Shown here piece after piece: positions 25,304 through 39,529 of a DNA stretch of 64,000 nucleotides. The notes under the pieces are model-generated. The model did not search any database and had not been told where the DNA came from. It was given only the letters and a program-made list of their open reading frames with translations. The stretch's first letter is position 1. Each line of letters opens with the position of its first letter. This DNA is from Escherichia coli (lineage in GTDB: Bacteria > Pseudomonadota > Gammaproteobacteria > Enterobacterales > Enterobacteriaceae). Location of the stretch: NCBI RefSeq assembly GCF_044324875.1, contig NZ_CP172185.1; one strand, written 5' to 3'. The position numbers and the translations under genes were made by a program.

Positions 25304-25404
25304 TCAGAAACAATTTTCCCAAATTATAGAGACGGGGCTAAAGGCAGAAGTATGAAATTTCGGGTGAGCCATTTTCGTAGCTCACCCGTTAGCACTATCA
25401 GGTA

Positions 25405-25725
25405 TCAGGCGGCTTTCTTGAGGCAGGCGCTCATAAACTTATTACGATCATCACCTTTCAGAGATTGTTGCGTTGCTTGATTATTACATTCGCGCATCTT
25501 TTGCTGCTGTGGCGTCAAACTTTTTTCACCAGGCGCAGACTTGCTGTTCTTCAGGCAATCACTCATGTAGGTCTTACGAGCATCCCCTTTCAACGCCTGC
25601 GCCGTCGCCTGCTGATTACAGGAGGTCATACGCTGTTGTTGCGGGGTTAAGGTTCTCTCGGCAGCGCCGACGGTGGTTAAAAAAACCAGACCGAAAAGCA
25701 AGGTAACCAGTAATGTTATTTTCAT
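25405..25725 (-). CDS. psiF: phosphate starvation-inducible protein PsiF
   Basis: ORF 25405..25743; Met at 25725 (MKITLLVTLLFGLV...) gives a signal peptide; downstream of phoA. Confidence 0.85.
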   Translation of the reverse strand: MKITLLVTLLFGLVFLTTVGAAERTLTPQQQRMTSCNQQATAQALKGDARKTYMSDCLKNSKSAPGEKSLTPQQQKMRECNNQATQQSLKGDDRNKFMSACLKKAA

Positions 25726-25843
25726 AGCACCATCCCTCTTCATGTTTTAACCATGAGCATATGCGCCCGTGATCTGCCATTAAGTCTGGTTGCTAACAGC
25801 AAAAAAACCACCCGACAGCGAAAATTCACTGCCGGGCGCGGTT

Positions 25844-27259
25844 TTATTTCAGCCCCAGGGCGGCTTTCATGGTGTAGAAGAGATCGGTCTGGTCGGTCAG
25901 TCCAACGACATTGGCGGCATGTGGGCCATACGCAGCAATACGCAGCTGACTACCGGTATGTTCTTGTGAATCCTCTTCAGAGTTCCCGTAACTCATCACC
26001 ATCACTGCGCCATCTTTGGTATTTAGCGCCTGGGTGAGGCCCGGCGCTTTGGTGTCCGGCGCAACAATCTGGCTGGCGTGGGCGTGATCAGCGGTGACTA
26101 TGACCAGCGTGTTGCCATCCTTTTTAGCGAATTCCAGCGCACGTTGTACGGCTTCATCGAGATCGACCGTCTCGCCAATTTGCCCACAAGGATTCGCAGC
26201 GTGATCCTGTTTATCGATTGATGCACCTTCAACTTGCAGGAAAAAACCTTTCTCATTTTTACTCAACAATTCAATGGCTTTGTCGGTCATCTGCGCCAGG
26301 GTCGGTACGCTGTCATTACGTTGCGGATTAGGCGTACAGGTAACTGCGGGCTTGTCGATATTGCCGTGGTACGTTGCTTTCGGTCCTAGCCAGCGCACTG
26401 GCATATTGCCGTCAGCAAACAGTCCTAGCAGGGGTTTTTGCTGGTTCGCTTCCGTCACCGCATTTAGCGAGGCAGCATCACTCACCAACTGATAACCACG
26501 CGCCTGTGCCTGTTCACGCAGCGTTTTTCCCTGCCATTCGCCGACGGTTGCCGTTTCAGCAAAGGTTTTTGCGCCGCCGCCAAGCGTAACATCGGCACGA
26601 GCGTTAAGCAGCTGTTCGGTAATCGATCCTTTCCCGCCTTTTTCCAGAGCGTTACCCGGACATTTTTCACTGGTCGCGCTCGGACCGTAGCATTTGCGCG
26701 AGGTCACATGCGCCACCAGCGCGGCGGGCGTGGCATCCTGCAACTCTGCGGTAGAAACGTTACCGGTCGCCAGACCTGCGGCTTTTGCCATTTCCAGAAT
26801 CGTTGGGTGATCTTTTTCGTGAATATCGACGCCCAGCGCACCGTTATAGGTTTTGACACCGGTTGACCAGGCGGTTGCTGATGCAGCCGAGTCGGTAACG
26901 TAGTCCGGTTTGCCGGTTTTTTTATTCAGCGCATAGTGTGTGTATTGTCCGGTAAGCGGTAAGGCATCGATACCTTTAAAAAAGCCGCCCGCACCTTCGG
27001 CATAATTGCGTGCAGCAGTAATTTCCGAGTCCCCCATCCCATCGCCAATCAGCAAAATAATATTTTTTGCAGGTTTATCGCTAAGAGAATCACGCAGAGC
27101 AGCGGTCTGATCACCCGTTAAGCGGCGAGCACCGCCGGGTGCAGTAATATCGCCCTGAGCAGCCCGGTTTTCCAGAACAGGCATTTCTGGTGTCCGGGCT
27201 TTTGTCACAGGGGAAAACAGTAACGGTAAGAGTGCCAGTGCAATAGTGCTTTGTTTCAC
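25844..27259 (-). CDS. phoA: alkaline phosphatase
   Basis: 471-aa ORF recognised as PhoA (signal peptide ...[12 protein letters not shown], active-site DSAASAT). Confidence 0.95.
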   Translation of the reverse strand: MKQSTIALALLPLLFSPVTKARTPEMPVLENRAAQGDITAPGGARRLTGDQTAALRDSLSDKPAKNIILLIGDGMGDSEITAARNYAEGAGGFFKGIDALPLTGQYTHYALNKKTGKPDYVTDSAASATAWSTGVKTYNGALGVDIHEKDHPTILEMAKAAGLATGNVSTAELQDATPAALVAHVTSRKCYGPSATSEKCPGNALEKGGKGSITEQLLNARADVTLGGGAKTFAETATVGEWQGKTLREQAQARGYQLVSDAASLNAVTEANQQKPLLGLFADGNMPVRWLGPKATYHGNIDKPAVTCTPNPQRNDSVPTLAQMTDKAIELLSKNEKGFFLQVEGASIDKQDHAANPCGQIGETVDLDEAVQRALEFAKKDGNTLVIVTADHAHASQIVAPDTKAPGLTQALNTKDGAVMVMSYGNSEEDSQEHTGSQLRIAAYGPHAANVVGLTDQTDLFYTMKAALGLK

Positions 27260-27320
27260 TTTATTTTCTCCATGTACAAATACATTAAAAATAAAAACAA
27301 AGCGACTATAAGTCTCGGCC

Positions 27321-27340
27321 GTGACAGCTTTATGACAGCT
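27321..27340 (-). promoter_or_regulatory. Pho box in the phoA promoter
   Basis: Minus strand reads CTGTCATAAAGCTGTCAC upstream of the phoA start. Confidence 0.75.
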
Positions 27341-27358
27341 GTTGAAAAGATTAACTTT

Positions 27359-27619
27359 TTACTGACGAGGATGCTTCAATAGCTTCTTTACATAATTGCG
27401 CAGCAGCTCCGTATCGTCGTCAGGAATGCTGGCATCGGGCTTTACCTCGTACAGCGCCCCCTCTACCTGATCAATCAACCTTTGTTGGTCATTTTGCGCC
27501 ATATTGCGAAGCATTGCAGTGACGATAATCTCCAAAGCTTCTACCTGCGCGCACAGTTCTTTCGACTCTTCTTCTTTTTGGGCAAGCTTAAATAACAACT
27601 CAGCAATGAGATTTTTCAT
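27359..27619 (-). CDS. iraP: anti-adaptor protein IraP
   Basis: 86-aa ORF ([22 protein letters not shown]...) recognised as IraP/YaiB. Confidence 0.88.
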   Translation of the reverse strand: MKNLIAELLFKLAQKEEESKELCAQVEALEIIVTAMLRNMAQNDQQRLIDQVEGALYEVKPDASIPDDDTELLRNYVKKLLKHPRQ

Positions 27620-28080
27620 GTCTGTATTTCCTTATCCAAAGTATGGAGAAGTTAACATTATGTTTCACAACTTCATAGTGTCTGGAAGTATTATTTTTAT
27701 GACAAAGGAAATACTTTGCGCAAATATTTTTTGTTTGATTACCAGCGAAACGTTTCCCTTATTTTAATAATTACCCACACAAAATATAGGCTTTTAATTA
27801 TCAACCTTTATTATAAATAAAAGTTATGAAATATATTCTCTTCGTTAACTTATAATTAAGAGAAAAAACTCACTGCATGGCCATACAAGCCAGGAATAAA
27901 TTAGCTTCCCGTTCATCATTTTTGTGATCTTGCGCACATCATTGAGATAACGCACTTTCTTCACCAGTACGTTGCACGCTTTGTCAGCAGAAGATTGCAA
28001 CATTCTGTCAGAAGGCCGCGAATCCCCCGTTTTGTCGTGGTAATGTATGCACTTTGTGTTAGACGGGATAGGTTTTTAAG

Positions 28081-29175
28081 ATGGAAAAACTGCGGGTAGG
28101 AATCGTTTTTGGTGGTAAATCAGCGGAACATGAAGTGTCTCTGCAATCGGCAAAAAACATTGTCGATGCCATTGATAAAAGTCGCTTCGACGTTGTGCTG
28201 CTGGGCATTGATAAACAAGGGCAATGGCACGTCAGCGATGCCAGCAATTATCTGCTAAATGCAGACGATCCTGCCCATATTGCATTGCGCCCTTCGGCGA
28301 CCAGTCTTGCGCAGGTGCCTGGTAAACATGAACATCAGCTTATCGACGCGCAAAACGGTCAGCCGTTGCCGACGGTGGATGTCATTTTCCCGATTGTCCA
28401 CGGTACGCTGGGCGAAGATGGTTCTTTGCAGGGAATGCTGCGGGTCGCCAATTTACCGTTTGTAGGTTCTGATGTTCTGGCTTCAGCGGCCTGTATGGAT
28501 AAAGATGTCACCAAACGTCTGCTGCGCGATGCCGGGCTGAACATTGCGCCATTTATTACCCTGACGCGCGCTAATCGTCACAACATCAGTTTTGCCGAAG
28601 TGGAGTCTAAACTGGGGTTACCGCTGTTTGTAAAACCGGCTAATCAGGGCTCTTCTGTTGGTGTCAGCAAAGTAACCAGTGAAGAACAGTACGCAATTGC
28701 CGTCGATCTGGCGTTCGAGTTCGACCATAAAGTGATCGTTGAGCAAGGGATCAAAGGTCGTGAGATCGAATGCGCAGTTCTGGGCAACGACAATCCGCAA
28801 GCCAGCACCTGTGGCGAGATCGTACTCACCAGCGATTTCTATGCCTACGACACCAAGTACATTGATGAAGATGGCGCGAAAGTGGTAGTTCCGGCAGCCA
28901 TTGCGCCAGAAATCAACGATAAGATCCGGGCGATTGCCGTTCAGGCTTATCAGACGTTGGGATGCGCAGGCATGGCGCGTGTAGACGTGTTTTTAACCCC
29001 AGAGAACGAAGTGGTGATCAACGAGATCAACACACTGCCTGGCTTCACCAACATCAGTATGTATCCGAAGCTGTGGCAAGCCAGCGGTCTGGGTTACACC
29101 GACCTGATCACCCGTTTGATTGAACTGGCGCTGGAGCGTCACGCTGCGGATAACGCATTGAAAACCACAATGTAA
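28081..29175 (+). CDS. ddlA: D-alanine--D-alanine ligase A
   Basis: 364-aa ORF recognised as DdlA. Confidence 0.93.
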   Translation: MEKLRVGIVFGGKSAEHEVSLQSAKNIVDAIDKSRFDVVLLGIDKQGQWHVSDASNYLLNADDPAHIALRPSATSLAQVPGKHEHQLIDAQNGQPLPTVDVIFPIVHGTLGEDGSLQGMLRVANLPFVGSDVLASAACMDKDVTKRLLRDAGLNIAPFITLTRANRHNISFAEVESKLGLPLFVKPANQGSSVGVSKVTSEEQYAIAVDLAFEFDHKVIVEQGIKGREIECAVLGNDNPQASTCGEIVLTSDFYAYDTKYIDEDGAKVVVPAAIAPEINDKIRAIAVQAYQTLGCAGMARVDVFLTPENEVVINEINTLPGFTNISMYPKLWQASGLGYTDLITRLIELALERHAADNALKTTM

Positions 29176-29233
29176 TTTTTAAATGCCTGATAACTTTTAT
29201 TGGGCATTTAAGACTGATGGAAAAAGTAAGATT

Positions 29234-29331
29234 GCCTGATGCGCTTTGCTTATCAGGCCTACCAGATAATTGCAATATACTGATTTTGCATGATTTTGTA
29301 GGCAGGGTAAGGCGTTCGCGCCGCATCCGGC
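29234..29331. repeat. REP/BIME palindromic elements
   Basis: gcctgatgcgctttgcttatcaggcctac and gtaggcagggtaaggcgttcgcgccgcatccggca between ddlA and yaiZ. Confidence 0.7.
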
Positions 29332-29361
29332 AAAAACAACGAGCACTTTGTCAGCCCCCAG

Positions 29362-29389
29362 AACGCCCAATCCTCTGTTATTGGGCGTT
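29362..29389 (+). terminator. putative intrinsic terminator overlapping the 3' end of convergent yaiZ
   Basis: aacgcccaat / attgggcgtt 10-bp stem followed by ttcagtttctt. Confidence 0.45.
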
Positions 29390-29590
29390 TTCAGTTTCTT
29401 CATCGCGACGACGAATAATCAGCCCCGCCAGCCAGAAACTAATCACCCACGTCACCAGACCGACGGCATAGGTCTGCCAACCTTTTGCTTCAAATCCCAG
29501 TAAACCCACCACGCCATTAAGAATGAATATAAGGCCAATGGCGAACGCATAGTAGTGCCAGTCACGGCGGATTTTTACAGGCAAGTTCAT
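29378..29590 (-). CDS. yaiZ: small membrane protein YaiZ
   Basis: ORF track extends to 29722; internal ATG at 29588-29590 (MNLPVKIRRDWHYYAF...) gives 70 aa. Confidence 0.75.
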   Translation of the reverse strand: MNLPVKIRRDWHYYAFAIGLIFILNGVVGLLGFEAKGWQTYAVGLVTWVISFWLAGLIIRRRDEETENAQ

Positions 29591-29849
29591 GGCAGCTCCG
29601 TTAACGAAAAACAACATCCTTGCATATTCTGCAACAACCGTCTGTGGCGTAGACAACACTTCCGTAATTGTTAATAAATTTAACTTAAGGTTATCATTTT
29701 GTGACTCACGACGAAGATTCACGCTTCGGGAATATTCCCAACATCAATTTACCATGATTCTGATATTGACAATCTAAATGTCCTGTCAGACTTGCCATAA
29801 GCCGCTGGTATCACACCAGAAGAGAAGCAGATGACTTCCGGAGGTTTTT

Positions 29850-30158
29850 ATGGCTGATTTCACCCTGTCAAAATCGCTGTTTAGCGGAAAATATCGCAAT
29901 GCCTCTTCAACGCCTGGCAATATTGCCTATGCGTTGTTTGTGCTGTTTTGCTTTTGGGCTGGGGCGCAATTGCTGAACCTGTTAGTGCATGCGCCCGGCG
30001 TCTATGAGCGTTTAATGCAGGTCCAGGAAACAGGTCGCCCACGGGTGGAAATTGGTTTAGGTGTCGGCACCATTTTCGGGCTGATCCCGTTTTTAGTAGG
30101 CTGCCTCATTTTTGCAGTAGTGGCGCTATGGCTGCACTGGCGACATCGTCGCCAGTAA
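29850..30158 (+). CDS. yaiY: inner membrane protein YaiY
   Basis: 102-aa ORF with two hydrophobic segments. Confidence 0.8.
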
Positions 30159-30215
30159 GATTTACTTGCCAGATAGGGCCTAAAACGCCTTATCTGGCAT
30201 GACATTCCTGTTTGA

Positions 30216-31310
30216 TCACTGTTTCATACAACGCGCCCGCCGTTCGTCTACGCGCTTCGCAAACCAGGCCGTAGTCAGGTTGCGGGTGATTTTCGGGCTT
30301 TCCAGTTGAATGCCAGGCAACATTTCGCGGGGTAGTGATTTCCCCGTTTTCGCTTCGGCAAGTTGATAAACTTTCTTGTACAGCGCCGTCTCCTCAAAAG
30401 AGAAGCTGTCGCCTTTCTCTAACTGGCGGCGAATTTCACTGTCGCTCATCCCCAGTTTTCCCGCCAGTTTGCGCGTTGCCAGTTCGGTTTTCCCGGGCTC
30501 TTTACTGTCGTAACGAATTAAATCACCGTCCAGTGCCAGCTTCACGCCGCTGGCCTTACTGACCGCGTTCTGAAACGCGGCATTACGGCTGGCGTACCAG
30601 CCAGCGTTAAAATCAGCAAAACGGTATATCGGCGCGCTATAGCTGGCGGGATAATTCAGTAAATGGTAAGTACCAAACCACAACCCGCCGCGACGACTGA
30701 AGACTTCCTGACGGACTGTACCGTCCATTTTCCACGGATACCCTTTGGTATGCTGTTCGGCAAAAGCAATGCTGACCTGCATCGGCCCACCGGTGCGCAC
30801 CGGATTAAGCGAACCAAACAACGTCTGCCCCATTGGCACCATGCTGATCAGATCGTCAAAAATCGCGCTCAATTGCTTTTCTGTACGCACCGAATCTAAC
30901 CGCTCGCTATAGCTTTTGCCGTTTGGCGATTTGATTTTTAGCGCGGTATGCACCAGAAAAGCAGGAATGTGCATCCGTTCAGCACGACGGTCAATCTCTT
31001 GCCAGGCGATCTTGCTTAAGCCCGGAACGGCCGGATCTGCCTGATAATTTGACTCCTGCTGCGCCACCGCCAGCACCGAGCAGACGTTTTCCAGCGTCGG
31101 TGCCAGCCCCTGACTTTCAAACGTGGTGGCGAGATCTTTCGCCCAGGCATCGCGGTCTTTCACGCTCGCAGGCATCTTCTGCCGCACGACGCTCGCCACA
31201 TCTATCGCTTTTTCGCCCTTTTTCAACGGTTGCGGAGCCTGACTACTACACCCCGCTAAAACCAGAACCGCCAACAATGACAGCGAAGATAGATGATTGA
31301 CGCGCGACAT
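30216..31310 (-). CDS. yaiW: outer-membrane lipoprotein YaiW
   Basis: 364-aa ORF with lipoprotein signal (LLAVLVLAGCSSQ). Confidence 0.85.
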   Translation of the reverse strand: MSRVNHLSSLSLLAVLVLAGCSSQAPQPLKKGEKAIDVASVVRQKMPASVKDRDAWAKDLATTFESQGLAPTLENVCSVLAVAQQESNYQADPAVPGLSKIAWQEIDRRAERMHIPAFLVHTALKIKSPNGKSYSERLDSVRTEKQLSAIFDDLISMVPMGQTLFGSLNPVRTGGPMQVSIAFAEQHTKGYPWKMDGTVRQEVFSRRGGLWFGTYHLLNYPASYSAPIYRFADFNAGWYASRNAAFQNAVSKASGVKLALDGDLIRYDSKEPGKTELATRKLAGKLGMSDSEIRRQLEKGDSFSFEETALYKKVYQLAEAKTGKSLPREMLPGIQLESPKITRNLTTAWFAKRVDERRARCMKQ

Positions 31311-31322
31311 TACTTCTCCTTT

Positions 31323-32543
31323 TTAGCTCAAGGTATGGGTTACTTCCTGAATTTTGTCACCATCCAGCTCATGTTCAAAGCTGCGCAGACGTTTGTAGAT
31401 AGACATCAACTCAACCAGTGTGGTCCATGAGTTAATCAGGTACTGGAAAGCTCCGCGAACCTGACCAAAAACGTTGGTAATCTGCGTCATCAGGCCGAGC
31501 GTAATCGTACCGGCAACAATTGACGGAAACAGCAAGAACAAACCGAAAACGTTATCGACCTGCAAATAGAGAATGCGGGCGATGTTGAAATACATATAGT
31601 GAAAATAGAGGCGGAAATAGTTTTTCCGTACGGCGCTAAACAGCTCGCGTACCGTAGGCGGCGTCGCGCGCGTGGCATCGTCTTCACCATAAACCAGCTC
31701 TTTACGGTAGGCAGCCTCTACACGCTGGTTTTTAAACTCCAGCCCCGGCAGTTTGATCCCTACCACTGCCAGCAATCCGGTCCCCATCAGCGACCAGACG
31801 ATAGCGGCAATCACCAGGCCATACGGAATGTGCCCGACAATCGGCAGCTCCGGCACATGCGCGGAGAGCGTTACCAGCACCGGCAGGAAGGCGATCAACG
31901 TCATGATAGCGTTGATAAAGCTGACGCCCATATTCTCCAGCGTTGAAGCAAAACGCATGGTGTCTTCCTGCACACGCTGTGCGGCACCTTCGATATGACG
32001 CAGTTGTTGCCAGTTCGCCATGTAATATTCGTTCATCGCTGTACGCCAGCGGAACACGTAGTGACTGACAAAGAAGTTGTTCAGCACACTGATCACCACC
32101 GCGATCAGCGCAATCCCCAGAAAGACGCCCACTTCGCGGTAAAATTGTTCGATGGTGACTTTATGCGGCGAACTTAGCGCGGTTTGAATCAGATCATAGA
32201 ACGGCGCATACCAGGCGTTGACGGCGACCCCGACTTCCACCAAAAACCAGGTGACGAAGATGATCAGTGCAGTACCGAGTATTGACCAGTATTGCCAACG
32301 ATGCGGGCTGTAGATAAACCAGAACAATGCAAAAAGTCCTACACAAACAATGTAGTAAGCGTAAAAAATCAGAAAATCCAACGACCAGAAACGCGCGGCG
32401 CTAATCGGGATTTGCCCGGAAGCTCCGGTGATACGCGCCACCCAGTCACCCCCACCTGCTTGCCAGAAGATAACGGCAATCAATGCCCAAACAAAGGCCG
32501 AGAGAAAAAACGTTCCCGGCTTTGGGAAAAAAGACTTAAACAT
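31323..32543 (-). CDS. sbmA: peptide antibiotic / microcin transporter SbmA
   Basis: ORF 31323..32549; start taken at [10 protein letters not shown] (406 aa); multi-pass membrane protein. Confidence 0.9.
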   Translation of the reverse strand: MFKSFFPKPGTFFLSAFVWALIAVIFWQAGGGDWVARITGASGQIPISAARFWSLDFLIFYAYYIVCVGLFALFWFIYSPHRWQYWSILGTALIIFVTWFLVEVGVAVNAWYAPFYDLIQTALSSPHKVTIEQFYREVGVFLGIALIAVVISVLNNFFVSHYVFRWRTAMNEYYMANWQQLRHIEGAAQRVQEDTMRFASTLENMGVSFINAIMTLIAFLPVLVTLSAHVPELPIVGHIPYGLVIAAIVWSLMGTGLLAVVGIKLPGLEFKNQRVEAAYRKELVYGEDDATRATPPTVRELFSAVRKNYFRLYFHYMYFNIARILYLQVDNVFGLFLLFPSIVAGTITLGLMTQITNVFGQVRGAFQYLINSWTTLVELMSIYKRLRSFEHELDGDKIQEVTHTLS

Positions 32544-32894
32544 ATGCACTCCTGCTAACTTCTTATCGTTTTAACAACTGCTGTGTATTAACCGCATGAC
32601 CGCTACAAAGAGTCAGCCAAATGAAACCGCCCATTGTGACCCATAGCAAGGCGCTTAGTTCGCCAGCCTGAGCATAAGAATTGTTTCGACGGATTTCGCA
32701 AACCAAAGATTGTTTACATAAGCGGATTAACACGCGCAGGATCACAAATGCAGGCATTGGTGAGCAGGAAAAAGATCGTGTTTACGCGCCGTTACGTTTT
32801 TAACACTATTATTGCACTAATTCGCCCTTTGCAATCCATCAATGAGTAGTATAAATACGCTCAGTTACCTTCATTCAATCTATGGACACCACCG

Positions 32895-34052
32895 TTGAAA
32901 CGTAGTCTGCTTTTTTCTGCCGTGCTGTGTGCGGCGTCATTGACCTCCGTCCATGCGGCGCAGCCGATCACTGAACCGGAGTTTGCCTCTGATATTGTCG
33001 ATCGTTATGCCGATTATATTTTTTACGGCAGCGGTGCCACGGGGATGGCGCTGGTAGTTATCGACGGTAACCAGCGCGTCTTTCGTAGTTATGGCGAAAC
33101 GCGACCTGGTAATAACGTTCGCCCGCAGCTGGATTCGGTCATACGTATTGCTTCCCTCACCAAGTTAATGACCAGTGAGATGCTGGTGAAATTGCTCGAT
33201 CAGGGGACCGTGAAGTTAAACGATCCGCTAAGTAAATATGCTCCGCCAGGCGCACGCGTACCGACCTACAATGGGACGCCCATTACGCTAGTGAATCTGG
33301 CAACCCATACCAGCGCCCTGCCCCGTGAACAGCCCGGTGGCGCGGCACATCGTCCGGTATTTGTCTGGCCAACGCGCGAGCAACGCTGGAAATACCTTTC
33401 CACTGCCAAACTAAAAGCCGCGCCGGGCAGCCAGGCCGCGTACTCCAACCTTGCGTTCGACCTGCTGGCAGATGCACTGGCGAATGCGTCCGGCAAGCCT
33501 TATACCCAGTTGTTTGAAGAGCAGATTACCCGCCCATTGGGGATGAAAGACACCACCTACACCCCCTCGCCGGACCAGTGCCGCCGTTTAATGGTTGCTG
33601 AGCGTGGTGCCAGTCCGTGCAATAACACGCTGGCGGCAATTGGCAGCGGCGGAGTCTATTCCACGCCTGGCGATATGATGCGCTGGATGCAGCAGTATTT
33701 GTCATCTGATTTTTATCAGCGCAGTAACCAGGCAGATCGCATGCAGACGTTGATTTATCAGCGCGCGCAGTTTACGAAAGTGATTGGCATGGATGTCCCC
33801 GGCAAAGCGGACGCGCTTGGTTTAGGCTGGGTATATATGGCCCCGAAAGAGGGTCGTCCAGGGATTATTCAGAAGACAGGTGGTGGTGGCGGTTTCATTA
33901 CCTATATGGCGATGATCCCGCAGAAGAACATTGGCGCATTTGTGGTGGTCACTCGTTCGCCATTGACGCGCTTTAAAAATATGAGCGATGGCATCAATGA
34001 CCTGGTGACCGAACTGAGCGGGAATAAACCGTTGGTCATCCCCGCATCCTGA
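32895..34052 (+). CDS. ampH: penicillin-binding protein AmpH (class C beta-lactamase fold)
   Basis: 385-aa ORF with signal peptide and SxxK motif (IASLTK). Confidence 0.9.
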   Translation: MKRSLLFSAVLCAASLTSVHAAQPITEPEFASDIVDRYADYIFYGSGATGMALVVIDGNQRVFRSYGETRPGNNVRPQLDSVIRIASLTKLMTSEMLVKLLDQGTVKLNDPLSKYAPPGARVPTYNGTPITLVNLATHTSALPREQPGGAAHRPVFVWPTREQRWKYLSTAKLKAAPGSQAAYSNLAFDLLADALANASGKPYTQLFEEQITRPLGMKDTTYTPSPDQCRRLMVAERGASPCNNTLAAIGSGGVYSTPGDMMRWMQQYLSSDFYQRSNQADRMQTLIYQRAQFTKVIGMDVPGKADALGLGWVYMAPKEGRPGIIQKTGGGGGFITYMAMIPQKNIGAFVVVTRSPLTRFKNMSDGINDLVTELSGNKPLVIPAS

Positions 34053-34735
<683 letters not shown>

Positions 34736-34749
34736 AACCTATTTCTTCA

Positions 34750-36137
<1,388 letters not shown>

Positions 36138-36148
36138 TGGATTTGCCC

Positions 36149-37054
36149 CTATATTTCCAGACACCTGTTATCACTTAACCCATTACTGGCTTGCTGCCGT
36201 AGATATTCCCGTGGCGAGCGATAACCCAGTGCACTATGCGGATGCCATTCGTTATAATGCTCGAACGCCTCTGCAAGGTTCTTTGCTGCCGTTAACCCGT
36301 CTGGTTTGGGCATGACACTGATGTAGTCACGCTTTATCGTTTTCACGAAGCTCTCTGCTATGCCGTTACTCTCCGGACTCCGCACCGCCGTGCTCTTCGG
36401 TTCAAGCCCCAACATCCGGGCAAACTGCCGTGTTTCATTAGCCCGGTAGCATGAACCATTATCCGTCAGCCACTCTACTGGAGACGCCGGAAGCTCGTTG
36501 CCGAAGCGGCGTTCCACCGCTCCCAGCATGACGTCCTGTACTGTTTCACTGTTGAAGCCGCCCGTAGTGACCGCCCAGTGCAGTGCCTCACGGTCACAGC
36601 AGTCCAGCGCGAACGTGACTCGCAGTTTTTCTCCGTTATCACAGCGGAACTCGAACCCGTCAGAGCACCATCGCTGATTACTTTCTTTCACAGCCACTCT
36701 GCCTGTATGTGCCCGTTTCGATGGCGGTACAGCAGGTTTTCGCTCAAGCAACAGCGCATTCTGGCGCATGATCCGGTAAACACGTTTGGCATTGATCGCA
36801 GGCATACCATCAAGTTCTGCCTGTCTGCGAAGCAGCGCCCATACCCGACGATAACCATACGTTGGCAGCTCTCCGATAACATGGTGTATACGGAGAAGCA
36901 CATCCGTATCATCAGTGTGACGACTGCGGCGGCCATCCATCCAGTCATCGGTTCGTCTGAGAATGACGTGCAACTGCGCACGCGACACCCGGAGACAACG
37001 GCTGACTAAGCTTACTCCCCATCCCCGGGCAATAAGGGCGCGTGCGCTATCCAC
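36149..37054 (-). CDS. insD: IS2 transposase OrfB (InsD), DDE integrase
   Basis: 301-aa ORF recognised as IS2 InsD; GTG start immediately after the A6G slippery site. Confidence 0.88.
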
Positions 37055-37377
37055 TTTTTTGCCCGTCCATATTCAACGGCTTCTTTGAGGAGTTCATTTT
37101 CCATCGTTTTCTTGCCGAGCAGGCGCTGGAGTTCTTTAATCTGCTTCATGGCGGCAGCAAGTTCAGAGGCAGGAACAACCTGTTCTCCGGCGGCGACAGC
37201 AGTAAGACTTCCTTCCTGGTATTGCTTACGCCAGAGAAATAACTGGCTGGCTGCTACACCATGTTGCCGGGCAACGAGGGAGACCGTCATCCCCGGTTCA
37301 AAGCTCTGCTGAACAATTGCGATCTTTTCCTGTGTGGTACGCCGTCTGCGTTTCTCCGGCCCTAAGACATCAATCAT
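37012..37377 (-). CDS. insC: IS2 OrfA (InsC), HTH protein
   Basis: ORF track extends to 37422; start at [24 protein letters not shown]... gives 121 aa; overlaps insD for programmed -1 frameshift. Confidence 0.88.
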
Positions 37378-37468
37378 CTGTTCTCCAATGACTAGTCTAA
37401 AAACTAGTATTAAGACTATCACTTATTTAAGTGATACTGGTTGTCTGGAGATTCAGGGGGCCAGTCTA

Positions 37469-39004
37469 TTCAGTATCGAACTGATCAACGTTCACATCCA
37501 ATACACCACCGTTAGTTACGGTGATGGTATTGGCGTACAGGTTGTAATCAGCACCCCAACCTGTAGATTCGGTCAACGCAACAGTACTGTAGGAGTTAAT
37601 AGTCAGATGATCGGTATCAACGTAACCATCTTCACCAATGTTCAGCGAAGAACCGTTAGTTAAATCGATAGTATCTGAAGTTAATTTAGATTCCGAAACA
37701 TTAACCTGAGAAGCATTATTAACTGTCAAGGTATCAACGATGGAACGACCTGTAGTATCCCATTCAGAACCGTTGTTCAACGCTACGTTAAATACACCGC
37801 TCTGGAAGACCTTGTCATCAACAACACGTTTCCAGTCATTGTTTTCATATGTTGCATTAGGAGTAAGGCTGTTTGTAGCAACATCATACATTGCTGACGT
37901 TTCAGCAACGTTATAAATTGCCTGACCAACCCACTTGCTTCCGTTATCAAGAGTGAGGTTCAGTTCATCAACGTTGAGGCCATCATCAGTCCAACCACCG
38001 TTGGTATCTTTCAGCCCGTCACCGTTGGAATCATGACCATTCGGATCAAAATTACTATTCCAAGTGCTGTTAAATGCAACATCGCCCATCAGCGTTGAAT
38101 TGCTGAAGTATACGTTGTTCTTCATTGCATAGTCGGAACCTGAATCAGTGAAGGACATTGCAACATCTCCCGGACCGGTATAATCACTCGGTTCACTAGA
38201 GTTGCCAAAGTGTCCTGTTTTGACATAAGTATCGCTATCCAGAATAATGTCTGAACCAGAAGTCACTGTGGAATCTTTTACAGAGATATTGTTATCCCAA
38301 GTATGAGATTCGGTAGTATAAGTTTCGTTGTAAGTATTACCTTGAGATAATGCAATACCTGCAATGCGGGAGTTATTTGAAATATTGATGTTACTTTCTA
38401 CATCAAGATTAACAGCAACACCTTCACTGGTATCAAATGTCTCATTTGTGTGTTTGGTTACATCACCATCTTTATAAGAATCAGTGAAGTAAAACGCTTC
38501 ATAATCATCATCAATGGTAGTGTTAGCAATGTTAAGAGTGAAAACATCACCATCACGCCAGTTTGTGTCAACAACAGCATCAGTGTAAAAATCATATCCA
38601 ACCAGAAGATCACTATCTGCATCCAAACGATCATAATAACCGCCTGGCTTCAAAGAAGTAATCGAACCGTGAATCACTGAATTACTGATATCAAGCTGAT
38701 TAGCAGTACTGTCTGCATAATCATGGTTCAAATAATAGGTTGAGATCGTGCCGTTAACGGTATCGCCGTTAAAGGACTGATCGAAATCACCATTGGTGTT
38801 GTTGTAATAGACAAAACCACTATAGTTTACATAGTTGCCATCTACAGTGCCTGCCTTATCCATATGATCCCAATCAAGTGCAGTAACGGGATTGTCGTAA
38901 TAAGTCCAGGTGTCATAAGTAGTTGCATTAGCCTGAGAGGTGATAGCCAGAGTGCAAGCCAATGCTAATTGTGATACTACAAGTTTCTTTTTCCAGGAGT
39001 GCAT
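37469..39004 (-). pseudogene. yaiT: autotransporter yaiT, 5' fragment (signal peptide and passenger region) upstream of the IS2 insertion
   Basis: ORF 37466..39004 begins with signal peptide MHSWKKKLVVSQLALACTLAITSQANA; reading frame runs into the IS2 end and stops there. Confidence 0.8.
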
Positions 39005-39529
39005 TTGTCATCCCTCCTCAGGGACGTAATAAGTTGATCCATCAATTATCAATGCATAGAAAACATCTTATGTTTCGCGTTGACGATTATGCGGCGTTAT
39101 AGAGGAATGGTTCAATTATTCTTTCCCCGAAGTCCGGTTACGGACATATATAAAGCACGGAGGAACACACAAAGAAAAAATTGATAAAGGCTTGATGTTT
39201 CAACAAGTTAACAGGAGTTCCATTTTTAAAGCATATGCATTTAAAATATCAAACACACAAACCAGACAAATAATCTATCAATAACCAATGAACTTTAAAT
39301 CATTCTGTTTTTGATAACGCAATCAAATCCGTAAAAACAATAATCCAGGGATATAAATAAAAATTAAAAATATTTTCAGTGAATATGAAATTATTGCTGT
39401 TTCTATTACAAAGATGTCATGGACTCTCTTTCATTCTCTTCTTGTCAACATCGCGACAACTTTCGTAAAACATCCCCACCCTGCTTCAGGTATACTATGC
39501 CCCTCGATTCCACAAACATCAGGCAGACC

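Larger units (their letters stand above)
36138..37468 (-). mobile_element. IS2 insertion sequence (IS3 family), 1331 bp, flanked by 5-bp target duplication TTCAG
   Basis: Terminal sequences tggatttgcccctatatttccagacacctgttatcacttaa (36138-) and ...ggttgtctggagattcagggggccagtcta (-37468); TTCAG at 36133-36137 and 37469-37473; encodes InsC/InsD. Confidence 0.9.
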
